The position numbers were made by a program, and so were the translations under genes. A stretch of DNA of 64,000 bases from Euprymna scolopes (Eukaryota): NCBI GenBank assembly GCA_053919585.1, contig CM132784.1; one strand, given 5' to 3'. Within the stretch, counting starts at the first letter, position 1; the number at the start of each line of letters is the position of its first letter. The notes beneath the pieces are model-generated. The model saw only the letters and a list, made by a program, of their open reading frames with translations. It had not been told where the DNA came from and did not search any database. This document shows, one piece after another, positions 50,966 through 63,507 of the stretch.

Positions 50966-51336
50966 GCAACATAATTTTAATTTCTACCGAAGTAAAAGTT
51001 GTCAGTTTACTTCTGCATGCTGTATGATTGAAAGAGAGAGACGGGGGGGGATAGAAAAAAGAAAAAAAGCGAAAGGAATAGGAAAAACAAAAAGACAGAG
51101 AAAAAAGAGAACAGGAAGAAAGAAACAGAAAGCGAGAAAACATATGTAAAGAGAAATATCGATAGAGATAAAAACTAAAGAGAGAAACAAAAGGGAATAA
51201 TAAAAAAAGTATAATAACAACTATACATTTATAGTTAAGTATGCTCATATTTCTTTTTTAATAACAAATGATATGCGTATATGCTTATATCGTTGTGTGA
51301 ACATGATTCACTTTCAAACGAATTAATCGAATGATA

Positions 51337-51480
51337 CCGTACTTTGGGGTAATTGCGCCAAGTCCGATGTAATTGCGCCAACCAGCTAAAAGTGATCTTT
51401 TGGCAACCACGCATATAAAAACACTTGTTTTTAGTTGGCGCAATTACCCCCAGATTTGGCGCGATTACCCCAAAGTACGG
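51337..51480. mobile_element. 144-bp Tc1/mariner/pogo-type MITE
   Basis: TA|ccgtactttggggtaattgcgcca ... tggcgcgattaccccaaagtacgg|TA, with the taattgcgcca motif duplicated in each arm. Confidence 0.9.
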
Positions 51481-52389
51481 TATGGATTTTGGAGCACATG
51501 ATTTCAGCGTAAGTGTTAACTATAGGCTTCATTTTAGTTTTATGAAAAGGAGTAAAAAAAATGTGTAAACATTTGAATATTTCAGTTTTGTATTGAATAG
51601 ACAACAAATAAAAAGAAACACTGAATTTCAAGTTTTTCTTAAAACCGCTTTTAGCGATAGGTTTTAAACCCTTTCTCAAATCAAAATCGTGAAATGGATT
51701 ATATCAAATTTGGAATAAGAATTCTATACATAAGATTTAATATCATTATATTCTGATTTTAATCTAAAGGTTTATAAAAGTGGTGCAGAACTGTTCTATT
51801 AATTCTACTTATACTGTGAAAGGTATTTTTCTTTTAGATATTTGTATGCATATAGGATTCACTCCTAAACTAATTTACAAGCCATTGTGGATCCTTGAAT
51901 ACAGCTGCTAAACATAACTAAAACTAGTTATAATGTAGGATATATTTAGTTTGGAGAAAATAGAGTAAACAGCAAGCGGCTTCGAATGAGTGAATTATCC
52001 TATTTTTTTAGTTTCTTTGAAGTATTTTAAGGAGGATTTTCGTGGGCATAGTTTGAGAAGAACTTACTATTTGAAAATTCAAATATTTCAGATTAACATT
52101 GGATTTAATAGAAACCAGTTAAGAAACATTCCATTGATTACATTTTAGGCCTGTTATAGAATGAAAATCACGTAATAGATTTCGATCAAAACTGAAATAA
52201 AATATATAATTACAATAAAAATATCTTCATCTTAATCGTAGTAAGCAGACATAAAAGTGGTGAAAACTGACATTTGGTAAATTATCTTCCCTGTCTTGGG
52301 TCTCATATTCTTCTGAAATTGATCGATTAATTTGTTTAAGAGTAAATCGTGTAGATAAAAATACATAAACATACTCACACACGTGCGCG

Positions 52390-52430
<41 letters not shown>

Positions 52431-52979
52431 ACTTCTTGCACGCAAAATTGGCTCAGTATATGTTTAGAGAGAGTTGTATTAATAATAATAAATTGTACTT
52501 ATTATTGAACGTATCCTATCTAGTGAAAAGACGAGCGAGATATTTAAACGCCTTTAAAACCGTGCGTTCCCCATTTAGAAACATCGCGCAAATATGGCAA
52601 CCGAGCCTTTCTAGCGACAGCCGATGACCAATTTATAACAATAGAATCCGTTGATGAGAATAGACGCTTCGATGCTATTCCACGTCATTGCGTCGAGACC
52701 AGGGGCACATGCATAATTCTCCGTCGTGTATTGTTGTTTTCCATTCCCATCAATTCCATCTGCGAATGGAATAAGAGAAACAAATCGTCAAAGAGAAAGT
52801 ACAGTGTCTAGCCAGCTGTCAAGTTAGGGTTCACTTGAGTGTCGTCAGAGTCAAGCGGTGTCAACGTGGCCGGTCTAATACTAAGGGCATAGAGAAAAAC
52901 AATCAAGGAAGATAACAAAATACGCAGAGGGTTAGCGCAATAATACTACTACTACTACTACTACTAATAATAATAATAA

Positions 52980-53105
52980 TGATAGTAGTCCCTTAGAACT
53001 TGGACAAATAACTACGAGAAATCATAATCAAGGAGGAGACTGATATAATACAACATACGGTAATGCTGAAAACAGTTGAAATCTTAAGGGAAACCTTCGA
53101 ATGCG
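52980..53105 (+). mobile_element. Short R4/Dong-like 3' remnant after (TAC)n(TAA)n
   Basis: 'VP*NLDK*LREI...IIQHTVMLKTVEILR' resembles the RLE C-terminus. It is adjacent to a TAA repeat. Confidence 0.45.
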
Positions 53106-53149
53106 GAAATGAACCAATGTGAGCTACACAATCAAAATGATAGAATAGA

Positions 53150-53772
53150 GTTGTAAATTTGGGTTGAATTTGGGGGTATCAAAACCAAAGCAAAATATGA
53201 TGAAAGCAAAAATAAAATAGATAAACCCCATAATTTATTATACCATACCTTTTCACACTGAAACACTTATCAGAATATTCTGTGGATCTATATTAAAAAA
53301 ACTTGTTAAACTTTGTGACATATTTCCATTCTATGGAGGTCAGGTGCGAACGAACACCCTATAATTTTATTATACCATATTTCTTCAAACTGAAACATAA
53401 TTATCAAAGTATACATACGCAGATAGATATGAAAAGTCTTTATTAAAGTTTGTGCCTATTTCATTCTATGGAGGCCAGGCGCGAACTCAGACCCCACAAT
53501 TTTATTATACCATCCCTATTTAGGGTAAAGCATACTTATCAAAGTATTATTATGTACATCTATATCAAAAACACTTGTAAACGCTTTTTTTTATTTTTAA
53601 ATTTTTTTATTTCCATACTTTGTGTACCAGGTGCGAACGCAGACCGCACAATTTTAATGAACCACCGTTCTGCCAGATCAAACATACCCATTCCTGTGTC
53701 TCGATACATCTTCTATCATTATATGTAATCAGTTTTTTTATAATACTCAACCATATAGGAGCCTATTCGTGA
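53150..53772 (-). mobile_element. Helitron family H2 copy (ends in a gap)
   Basis: Highly similar to ~16566-17172. Confidence 0.85.
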
Positions 53773-54014
53773 NNNNNNNNNNNNNNNNNNNNNNNNNNNN
53801 NNNNNNNNNNNNNNNNNNNNNNNNNNNNNNNNNNNNNNNNNNNNNNNNNNNNNNNNNNNNNNNNNNNNNNNNNNNNNNNNNNNNNNNNNNNNNNNNNNNN
53901 NNNNNNNNCCTTGAAAAAGAAGTTTAAAATAACGTTAGCTGTAGGAGGCCACGTAAAAAAAATGGTGATCTTAAACAAAGCTACTTCTTAAAAGATATAG
54001 TTTGTAACATGAAA

Positions 54015-54880
54015 TCTATCTATATATCTATAAAAGTGAACGTGCCTGTGTATCTGTCTGTGTGTGTGTGTACATTTCCCTACGCAATAACTCTCACAAT
54101 TTTTAGTCTACAGACTCCAAATTTTATATACATGGTACGGAGATTTGGGAAAATCTATGAGATCGGTTGTTGACCAGAAATTTGGGTGTTAAGGGGTCAA
54201 AGTTCAACGATTTGACCTTTGAGAACTCTACCAAATTCCTCCGACAATTTGGGGTCTAAACACTTGAGATTTTAGATATAGATTCCTTGGACATGGATCT
54301 AACTTAATAACTTGAATTGAGCCCAAAATGATAAATGTTAAGGGATCATAATAGGGGTCAAATTAAAAAAAATTGACCTTTTTTATTGTTTTTTGCTCAG
54401 CATACACCTCCAAACACCCGGGCAACGCCAGGCACACATACTAGTATATCTACAAAAGTGAACGTGTCTGTGTATCTGTGCGTCTGTCTGTGTGTGCGTA
54501 CATTTCCTTACGCAATAACTCTCTCAATTCTTAGTCTACAGGCTCGAAATTTGATATACAGGGTACTGAGATTTGAAAACAAAATCTATGAGATCGGTTT
54601 TCGATCAGAAATTTGGCTGTTAAGGTGTCAAAGTGCAACGATTTGACCTTTGAGAACGCTATCAAATTCCTCCGACAATTTTGGATTGAAACACTTGAAA
54701 TTTTAAATATAGGACATGGATCTAACTTAATAACTTGATTTGAGCACAAAATGATAAATGTTAAGGGGTTATAATAGGAGTCAAATTTTAAAAAATTGAC
54801 CATTTTTTTTTATTTTGTTAATTTTTTTTTGATCAGCATACACCTCCAAACACCCGGGCAACGCCTGGCACTCATGCTAA
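54015..54880 (+). mobile_element. Two head-to-tail non-autonomous Helitrons (H1 short form): 54015-54444 and 54449-54880
   Basis: Each starts TC...aaaagtgaacgtg and ends cccgggcaacgcc(a/t)gg followed by CTAG or CTAA. Confidence 0.88.
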
Positions 54881-55407
54881 TAAAGTAATAAAAAAAAGTG
54901 TAGTAACTTGGTCCTCTTATAAAAACAGTACATTCCAGTCGTAAAATGAAATATGATTTAAGGAATCAAAAAGAATTCTAATTACATTTTACAAATAAAA
55001 GCGAATTATTTAAAACTAATAAAGAGACAATTAAACACTCGAGCTAATTATGCAAACACATCGATTTCAGTCTTTACCACATCCGTCAATAATATCGGAG
55101 TCGTGCTTTCCTCTCTTCACGAAAGGCCGAGCCTTCGAGGTTAATATAACGAGCAAAATGAAAAAAAAAAATTAATGTAAGTAAAAATATTGTGTTTGTT
55201 TATTTGTTTTTTTTTAAGTTTCAAATTCATTTTTAAATGTTTAAAATTTAAAAGCACATGCTTAACTAAATCTTTGATGTATTTTCATGAAGCGAGGCAT
55301 GCATATTAAAAAGCAATACATTTCTTTATGTTCTAAGATGTTATTGTTATTCACGCACATTATCCTTAAGTAATCCTAGATGGAAACGGCGGAAATTTAA
55401 AAAGACG

Positions 55408-55471
55408 TTTTTAAATTTCTTTAAAAACTAACTTTTATCAATAAAAGTTAGTTTTTAAAGAAAATTTAAAA
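55408..55471. repeat. Near-perfect AT-rich palindrome (~30-bp arms, 2-nt spacer)
   Basis: tttctttaaaaactaacttttat-ca-ataaaagttagtttttaaagaaa. Confidence 0.9.
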
Positions 55472-55537
55472 CCTTTTTGTTTTAATGTCCGAACTATTAA
55501 AATATCATCACACGAACACACACACACAAACACACAC

Positions 55538-56403
55538 ATATAAGTGAAAGTGTCTCTCTGTGTACATTTCCCTATACAATAACTCTGTCAATTTTAAGTC
55601 TACAGACTCGAAATTTGATATACAGTGTATGAAGATTCGAGAAAATCTTTGTAATCCGTTTTCGAATTGAAATCTGGCTGTTAAGAGATCAAAGTTAAAC
55701 GATGTGACTTTTGAGAACTCTACCAAATTCCTCTGCCAATATTGGGTATAAACAATTGAAATTTTAGATATAGGTTTTTGACATAGATCTAACTCAATAA
55801 CTTTATTTGAGCCCAAAACAATAAAATGTTAAGGGATCATAATAGGGGTCAAAGTAAAAAAAAATATGACCTCTGCGGTCTCTACCAAATTACACAGACA
55901 ATTTCTGGTCTAAACATTTGAAATTTTACATAAAGGGTATTCAGCGATAGGGTAAGCTTTTAAATAGGTCTGGGTCGAAAATTTAAGTTACCAATATATA
56001 AATGTATGTATGTATGTTTTCAGGTCGGCCTAAAACTTTCGATAGAGGCGACGGATTTTTATAAGATCAGTATCGTTTTGAAGTTCGCTCTTTCAGACGA
56101 CAAATATCGAAAAATTGGCTAAACACATTAATATCTTTACTTTCAACTGGGCACTTTTCTACAAGGGGGGGGTCGCTTTTTTCGCCGATATTTACGAAAG
56201 TCATCCTCTCCTTCGATTGTCTAGCTTTAATTTAAACCTACGTCACTTCCGGTTTGGCGGCGGTCGTAACAGCACAGATGTCACGTTTTTTTTCTTGTTC
56301 TTCCCCTCCTTCGCGGTACGGGTTCGAGCCTGCGGTCCGAATACCATTTTTTTTTTGCTCAACACACCTTCAAACACCAGGGCAACGCAGGCACCCATGT
56401 TAG
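55538..56403 (+). mobile_element. Helitron H1 long form
   Basis: Largely the reverse complement of 15331-16440. Ends ccagggcaacgcagg...TTAG|t. Confidence 0.85.
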
Positions 56404-56414
56404 TATATATATAA

Positions 56415-58415
56415 ACAGAGAGACCCGAGGTTGTCCAGGATTGAATGAAGATCCACAAATATTCCACGGTCCCATACTTTTATTGTCATCGAAATCGGTG
56501 AAATCGGCGATTTTTTAAGCAAATAGATTGATAACTTGCTCTATTTAAGGACGCTCCTCCGTATTGTACCCGGGAGAAGCTTCACATGCCTCCCTGCAAT
56601 TACTTAGGCCACAATACATTGTAGTCTACATTACACTTTAGATAATCTGTTGAATTAATAAAATTCTTTAAATAATGACTTCACTTGAAGTTAAAAAGGC
56701 AAAAGTAAAGTATCATGGTTGAATTGTGCTCTAAAACATTGATTTCGAAGTCGCCCTATTTTATCAAAGAAAAGGCTTGATTTTTATGAAATTATTTTCA
56801 CATAATCACTTGAAACGTACAACAGTCAAGTATTATAGTTCAATTGTACTTTAAAAAGACTAATTCATTCCCAACGGGCCACTGTCTGACATAGTATAGA
56901 ATTTATAGTTGATTTTATAGACTAAGCCTTTTTACTTGTACGGTGATAAAATTTCGCAAATGCACTTGTGATGTTAGGTAGTATAAAAGCGTTAACTTTA
57001 GTTAAAACTGAACTTCCTTTCTTGACCGTTTTTTTTTTATTATCGATTTTTTTTATATTTTTCAGATTCATTCCGATACAAAACCACGTAAGGTCACACC
57101 CAGAGGCATTAAGTACATTTCTGTGAAATTAAAAAAAATCGAACTAGCAGCTTGCAAGTCTATAAAGAACGAACGCACACACAGCAAAGTTCCTTTATAT
57201 AGTAGTAGGCAGTCCGGCGTTACACGGTCGTAAAATACGCTTAGGTGTGCTAATTTAATTCATGCAGATTTCGTATTTATTATAATAAAGCCAATCTCTA
57301 TTAATTATTATATGATACCAAATATATAGTAGTGAGTTGAAAAATTTAAAAATATGACTTTAGTGTCATCAACTAGAATCGAAACCAAAACATTTAGCTC
57401 TCCAGCGGTACTTACTATCATCTTACCTAAGGGCACATGCTTATCAAAACTTGACAAATTAACTCAGTTAAAATTATAAATGCATAATTGCATATGCATA
57501 AAGGATACACATAAATTCGATTTTCGCTTGCCAAGTTCTAATTCTGACAACTTACCAGCTTTTATTTCGGCTAAAAATCAAATCGAATGTTTTTAACAAG
57601 TCCGAATAGTTCATATATCAAGTTTCAAGTCTGTAAACCAAATATTGACATTTATTTGATAGAAACTGTTCCGCACACACAGGTCACTTTATATATATAC
57701 TAGCATGGAGACCCGACGTTGCAGTAACTTAGTCCAAAATAAAGGTTATTCTACATTGCACTCTACAGAACCTACTGTTCATTTTATAAAATTATTTTAT
57801 ATAAACTTTTTTCCAGTTAACAAAAAAAAACAAAAAAACAAAAAAAAAAACATTAATAGATTTACGTGCGGGGTTTGAACCTACAGACCACCTCATGCAA
57901 AAAATCAAAATAAAAACAAAAGAAAAACACGTAAATATTCAAGTTTTACAAAATTCTTTGCAGTTAATGAAAAAAAAAGAAAGAAATTTACGTGCGGGGT
58001 TTGAACCTACAGATATCATGCAAAAAAAAAAAAATACGCGTAAATTATCAAGTTTTATAAAATTCTTTGCAGTTAATGAAAATAAAAAATAAATTTACTT
58101 GCGGAATTTGAATCTACAAACCATGTCATGCCCCCCCCCCAATAAAAAAACGACACATAAAACAAACTATTAACTTAATTTTCCCGGCCCGTTGTTCTAG
58201 CATTGTTGCTTAGTCACGACATGGAAAAGATGGCTTTATCGATGATAGATAAATTAAAATAACGTTTGATTATCGGTAATTATCGGGGGTATTCTAAGAC
58301 AAAACTGAACTGAGATCACTCCCAGACTTATACACTAAAGTTCTGTAAATTTTCAAGAAAAGCTGTTCAGCGGTTTCGGAGTCTATAAGAAACGAACTCA
58401 CACAGACAAAGTGTC

Positions 58416-58420
<5 letters not shown>
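56415..58420 (-). mobile_element. Three abutting Helitron-like elements (H4 56415-57200, H3 57203-57700, H4-related 57700-58420)
   Basis: Each has a hairpin-like end on the left (actagc / ccggcgtt / acccgaggttg) and a cacac(a)g...tttatata end on the right. Homologous to 30652-31410 and to H3 copies. Confidence 0.7.
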
Positions 58421-58466
<46 letters not shown>

Positions 58467-58807
58467 CATCTCTGTCGAATTTCAGACAAGTTGCCCGAAA
58501 TCCTGCTCAAAACTGATTTGTAATCAAGGTTTGTGTACAATCATTTCCATGCTCCGGAACTACCGATAAACTCAGTTGGTGAAAACGATTGCAACAAGAC
58601 AGAATAGACAGTTATATTAGAGCTTTATCTCTCCTAGATGTATCTCTGCGGACTAAGGGGGCATCTCTCCCAGTGCTTTTAAATGATAAAAACTACATCG
58701 CGGCGAAATACATACCTCCAAATGGTAACTCATCTGGTAATGTGTAAGCTCATTATGGCTTAGCTTTGGTGATCTAACGCGCTTCGATCTGCCAACGTAA
58801 TTATGCC

Positions 58808-59218
58808 ATGGGACGATTAAACAGAATCGGAATCGAAAGAATCGGAACCTTTGTGGGTATCGGAATATGTATCGGAAAAAAACTGTGCCTATTTTCCGAT
58901 GCCATAAACGATTCCTTTTTTTATTTGATTTTCTTTAAAGCAAAATCTTTCAGTATTATTAGTAATGATAAAATAAGAAATCTTTATTGATTTTAAACTA
59001 CCAGTAAAACTAAAATATATAAATTATTCTTATGCTTCCGTTTAAGAAAATCTACGAAAATCTAACGTATGCTTGTACGCTAATCGGGAAAAAGAACACA
59101 TCTATAGTTATATATAAAGAGATTTATGAATAATCTGAATCGGAGTCGGTAATTGTATCGGAATCAGAAATTCAGCACGGAATTGGTAGTTGTATCCGAA
59201 AAATATATTCGCGTTGTT

Positions 59219-59221
<3 letters not shown>
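58808..59221. mobile_element. Probable MITE with (ggaatc)-type subterminal repeats
   Basis: Termini atgggacga ... ttgttccat, with aatcgga repeated at both ends. Confidence 0.5.
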
Positions 59222-59305
<84 letters not shown>

Positions 59306-59309
59306 TGGT

Positions 59310-59393
59310 GGATGGTTTTTGGCCTGATGAGGTGATTTTCCCTGATAGGGGGTCATTGAAACACGTTTGCTAATGTGTAGCCAATAGCTCTCC
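59310..59393 (+). ncRNA. Full-length type I hammerhead ribozyme
   Basis: Stem I ttggc (59319-23) pairs with gccaa (59380-84), extended by ggtt/agct and gga/tcc. CTGATGA at 59324-59330. Stem II spans 59331-59357, then GAA, then the 7-bp stem III acacgtt-tgct-aatgtgt. The GUA site predicts cleavage after 59379. Confidence 0.88.
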
Positions 59394-59491
59394 AACAATC
59401 AATATATTGCTCTGTTTCATGCATTGAGCACTCTTTGGAATGACATATTGTGTTGTTGTTATGAGTTACTGAAAAATTCTACCAACAGTAT

Positions 59492-59532
<41 letters not shown>

Positions 59533-59844
59533 AAAACTTTCACGTATGATTCTAGAATAGTCATTTCAAGGTTATTCGGAGTTTTTGAAGTGTTAAAATT
59601 ATTTTTTTTATATTTAATATTTTATTTTTTTGTATTTCAAGCGGTCCTCTGTTCATGATCACAAAAAAATAGCGAAATAAAAAAATAATAATTGCGATAC
59701 TTTTTATGCTCAAGAGCGGAGGACCGCTTGAAATATAAAAAAGAAAACAAAATATTAAATCTAAAAAACAACATTGTTTCATGCTTAAAAAACCCTCATA
59801 ACCTTGAAATTTATATATACATCGATATACACGCACACACACAC

Positions 59845-59883
<39 letters not shown>

Positions 59884-61866
59884 TACGCAGAAAAGGATGG
59901 AGAGAAATAACAAGAGACTGCCACTTCTAAGTAGATTATGTTCACATCTGCACATCGATTGTCGTATTTACTGTTTCGTGTTTGTTTCCTACGAAATTAT
60001 TAAGATTACTACCCTCTCCATCAATTAATGGTTCTGCTTAAACAAAAAGCCGCTTTTTGCAGAACTATTGACCCAAAATGAATTTGCTATGCGCTTCATT
60101 ATTTCTTTGAGGTTTTCCACCTTTTATTCGAAGCGATTTCTTTGGTTTGGCCTACAATCTCAAGCCACCCATACTCTCCTCGGTAAGAAAGGAAACGGAG
60201 TGAAAAGAAGTCCTTAATATACTGACACTTTCGTTGTCTGAGACAATTGTCCAAATACGATGATTGCGGTCATTGTTTGACCGTTTATTGACCGTCATTA
60301 GTGCGTCGTCTTGTCAATGGCGCGACCATTCACGTCTTCCGTGGATTTAATGATTTTATCGTCTTTCTTAGAATTCTTCGGCAAGGTAAATTAACCTGGT
60401 TTCGTTTCTATGTCTTGCGGCAAATCAATCCTTTAGCGTTATTTAACAATCTCACATATTACTCATGCAATGTTTAAGTGCAGATATTTTTCGCTGAATT
60501 TAGATAAACTGATAAACATATTGATTGCAAAGTTCAAATGTTATTGTGATATAAATATGTTGCTTATTTTGCAACCCTTGATTAATTTGTTCGAAATTTG
60601 ACGATTTCAATCCAATATTTTTTACATATAACTCATCTGTTATACTCAAAGCATGTCATTATGTAATATAAATATATATTGTAAAATTTTTTTTTTTGGG
60701 GGGGGGCATATTTCTACGTTTTTCCTCTTCTTTCTTTTCTCTTGAGTTTGCGTCACTGCTGCTGATTTTGTTTGTCACGCGACAAAGTTCTGCCTATTGA
60801 TTTATTGAACTGCGCATTCCCTCATTTTGTGATAAAATTCAAGCTGAGGTTGCCAGTTGGAGCTTGCCACTAAAAATGCAATAGTCTCCCCATCTTAACA
60901 GGACGTTAATATATTGAAGTGAACCCGTGTAAGTTACGTGGCGAAGTTTATAATGTTAAAGTGATTTCGTCTAAGTTACCTGACGAATTCGCATCTCGTT
61001 GAAAGAAATCTACTTCAAGTAAATCCAAGAAATCTGTCAAGAACAAGCTTGCATGTCGGAAATATTCTCACTAGGAAACATTTAATATGCAGTGGAAGTT
61101 TCTATCACTATCACAAGATATTTTCTTCTAAAGCCTAAAAAATGGATACATCTCTTGTTTGCGTTTTCTAGGAGCCATTAACTCTCAGTTCGGGGCAACA
61201 ACTAAATAAAATAATATTTTTATCCTGACCGGAACGAAGAAGGGATTTGGAAAGTAGTTTTTACCTGACTCTTTGCCACATCAGAGAATGTTATTATACG
61301 AAGAACTATGTGTATTTTTTTTCAGGTTATTCCTTCAAGAAAATACGAAAATAAATTTCTCATTATAAAAGAACAATCTCGGAACATTATTTTCAGATAA
61401 GTTATCTTTGTCTCCAGGTATTTCAACTGATCTACACGAGTGAACTGTTGTTTTAAAATAGACGTCATTACCAAATGTAAGCTTAAATTGCGACCAAAGG
61501 CAGATAACTTTTTCGACTTTGCTAAAATATTCGAACTTTAAAAAAATTTCTGCACTAGTGTAAATCTCATATCACGGCACTAAGTAAAGAACACCTTGGT
61601 AACCCGTTTTTTTCTATCTTTCATAATTGTTACCATACAAAGAACTTTCTTTGTAAGTGAGAGCAAAATCCTAGCAAGAGACAACGTGAACTTTTCTTTT
61701 GGCTCTAAGTTTTTTCCTCAATAAAATTGTTTGTTTGCTTCTATCAACCAAGTCTTTTCTCTTCTCATTTTTTCTTTTTGATTTTCTTTGTCTTTGTAAC
61801 GTTTTTGTACGTTGAAATTACCTTAATTGAAAGTGATTATCATAATTGCGACAATATATATACATA

Positions 61867-61938
61867 TTGGATTGGTGCAAAAATAATGTAGTTTATATAT
61901 ATAGTTGAACGTCAGAACGACATTATTTTCGCATCAAC

Positions 61939-61942
<4 letters not shown>
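61867..61942. mobile_element. MADE1-like mariner MITE
   Basis: TA|ttggattggtgcaaaaataatgt ... acattattttcgcatcaacctaa|TA. Confidence 0.8.
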
Positions 61943-61972
<30 letters not shown>

Positions 61973-62237
61973 AATACATATGTGTATAAATAAAAATACA
62001 TATATACATAAATAAAAATGCATATATATATAAATAAAATACATATATATATACAAATAAAATACATATATACATATAAAAAATACATATACATATATAA
62101 ATTCAATGAAAAATTGAGAAATAATTTCACTGTAAAACTAAGTCAATATTAGTATCAATATTATATATTACAATCCCAATCAAATAAAAAAGCTACATAT
62201 TTAAAATAGAACATTTTATATATATATATATATATAC

Positions 62238-62666
62238 ATCTGTCTTCATATTTTGAAACTATCTCCTACAAAACAAAGTCGCAGAGCGGCGCTTAGTGGC
62301 CGGAAACGACATGATTTTTTACAGACCGTTCTTTTGTATGTCTTTAGCGGATAAAACAGTTTTTAAGGTGTCAAAAATGAGTCAAATTTATTAAAATAAA
62401 AGTTATACATATTATACTTTCATCTTAGTTTATTTTTAATATCTAATTTTTAACCACTTCATATGCGTGTCATATTGGTACAGTAATAACGTCACCAGCT
62501 TTGAATGCTACGGTTTTGCTTTGGTTTTGATACTAGCCGATGGCGTCCAAATACTTTTTTTTTCTTTTGAAATCACGACTCTAATAATATATTCGGAATC
62601 TGGACAAATTAAAATAGCATATTTAAGCATAGTTTACACTAATGCAAAGCCGGGCGCTCTCACTAT
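62238..62666 (+). mobile_element. Helitron-like family H3 copy
   Basis: The 3' half matches 8790-9040. Ends gcaaagccgggcgc. Confidence 0.6.
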
Positions 62667-62706
62667 ATATACGTGTGTGTGTGTGTGTATGTGTGCGTGT
62701 GTGTGG

Positions 62707-63507
62707 ATTCTTAATCCGGCAGAGGGATGTGATGCATCTAGTGTGTTAGGTATAAGTTAGTGTTAAGTTCATGCCTGCATGCCTTCTCGCATCCAGCTAA
62801 CACTGCTGGCTAACCTCACGGTGAAAATGGAGCAGCTATGCATAGGTCTTCCCTGCCAGTACATAGCCTCTCCATCATCAAGACTACTACAGTGCATTCA
62901 CGTTGGCCACACATGGTAACTGGATGCCTTGCGGCCCCAGGCTAAACTTGTAGGAGATCTCGGAGTAGTAAGGGATCGCAGAGATAGTGTGTGGACATCT
63001 CCTGCCACACTACCAACCCCTACCCAACTGTCTTGTGGGTGCCCTTGGTTGGGCGAAGACTAGGGGAACCAACCCCAAAATCAAACACCACTGCCTTGTG
63101 GGCCTTATGACAGCAAAATGCTAAGGAGATAGGAACTATGTCTTTAAATCCTACTGCTGCCTTGCAGTTTTTCTTTACAAGGCTATGTAACCTCATCCAT
63201 AAAGAAAAAGCGTAGTAGCGGACACGATTGGGCGACTGTTTACCACACTAAGATTACTTTCGGCCAAAACCTGCGGCCTCCTCTACTGCCAGTTGTAGCG
63301 GGTTCACTCCACTGGAAATAAGCATTGGAGGTTCAGAGGGTGTCTATCTGATGCGCAACAGATACTGCATCTAAACTGTGCAAGCAAGTTTGGAGCTAAG
63401 GGGGAAAGTCCTGTAGTAATGGAGTGAGACTACGCCAATACTGAGGGATAAAGCACTGAGGCCCCAACTAGTCATCGTCAAGACTGGCGGACTACATGAT
63501 GATGATG

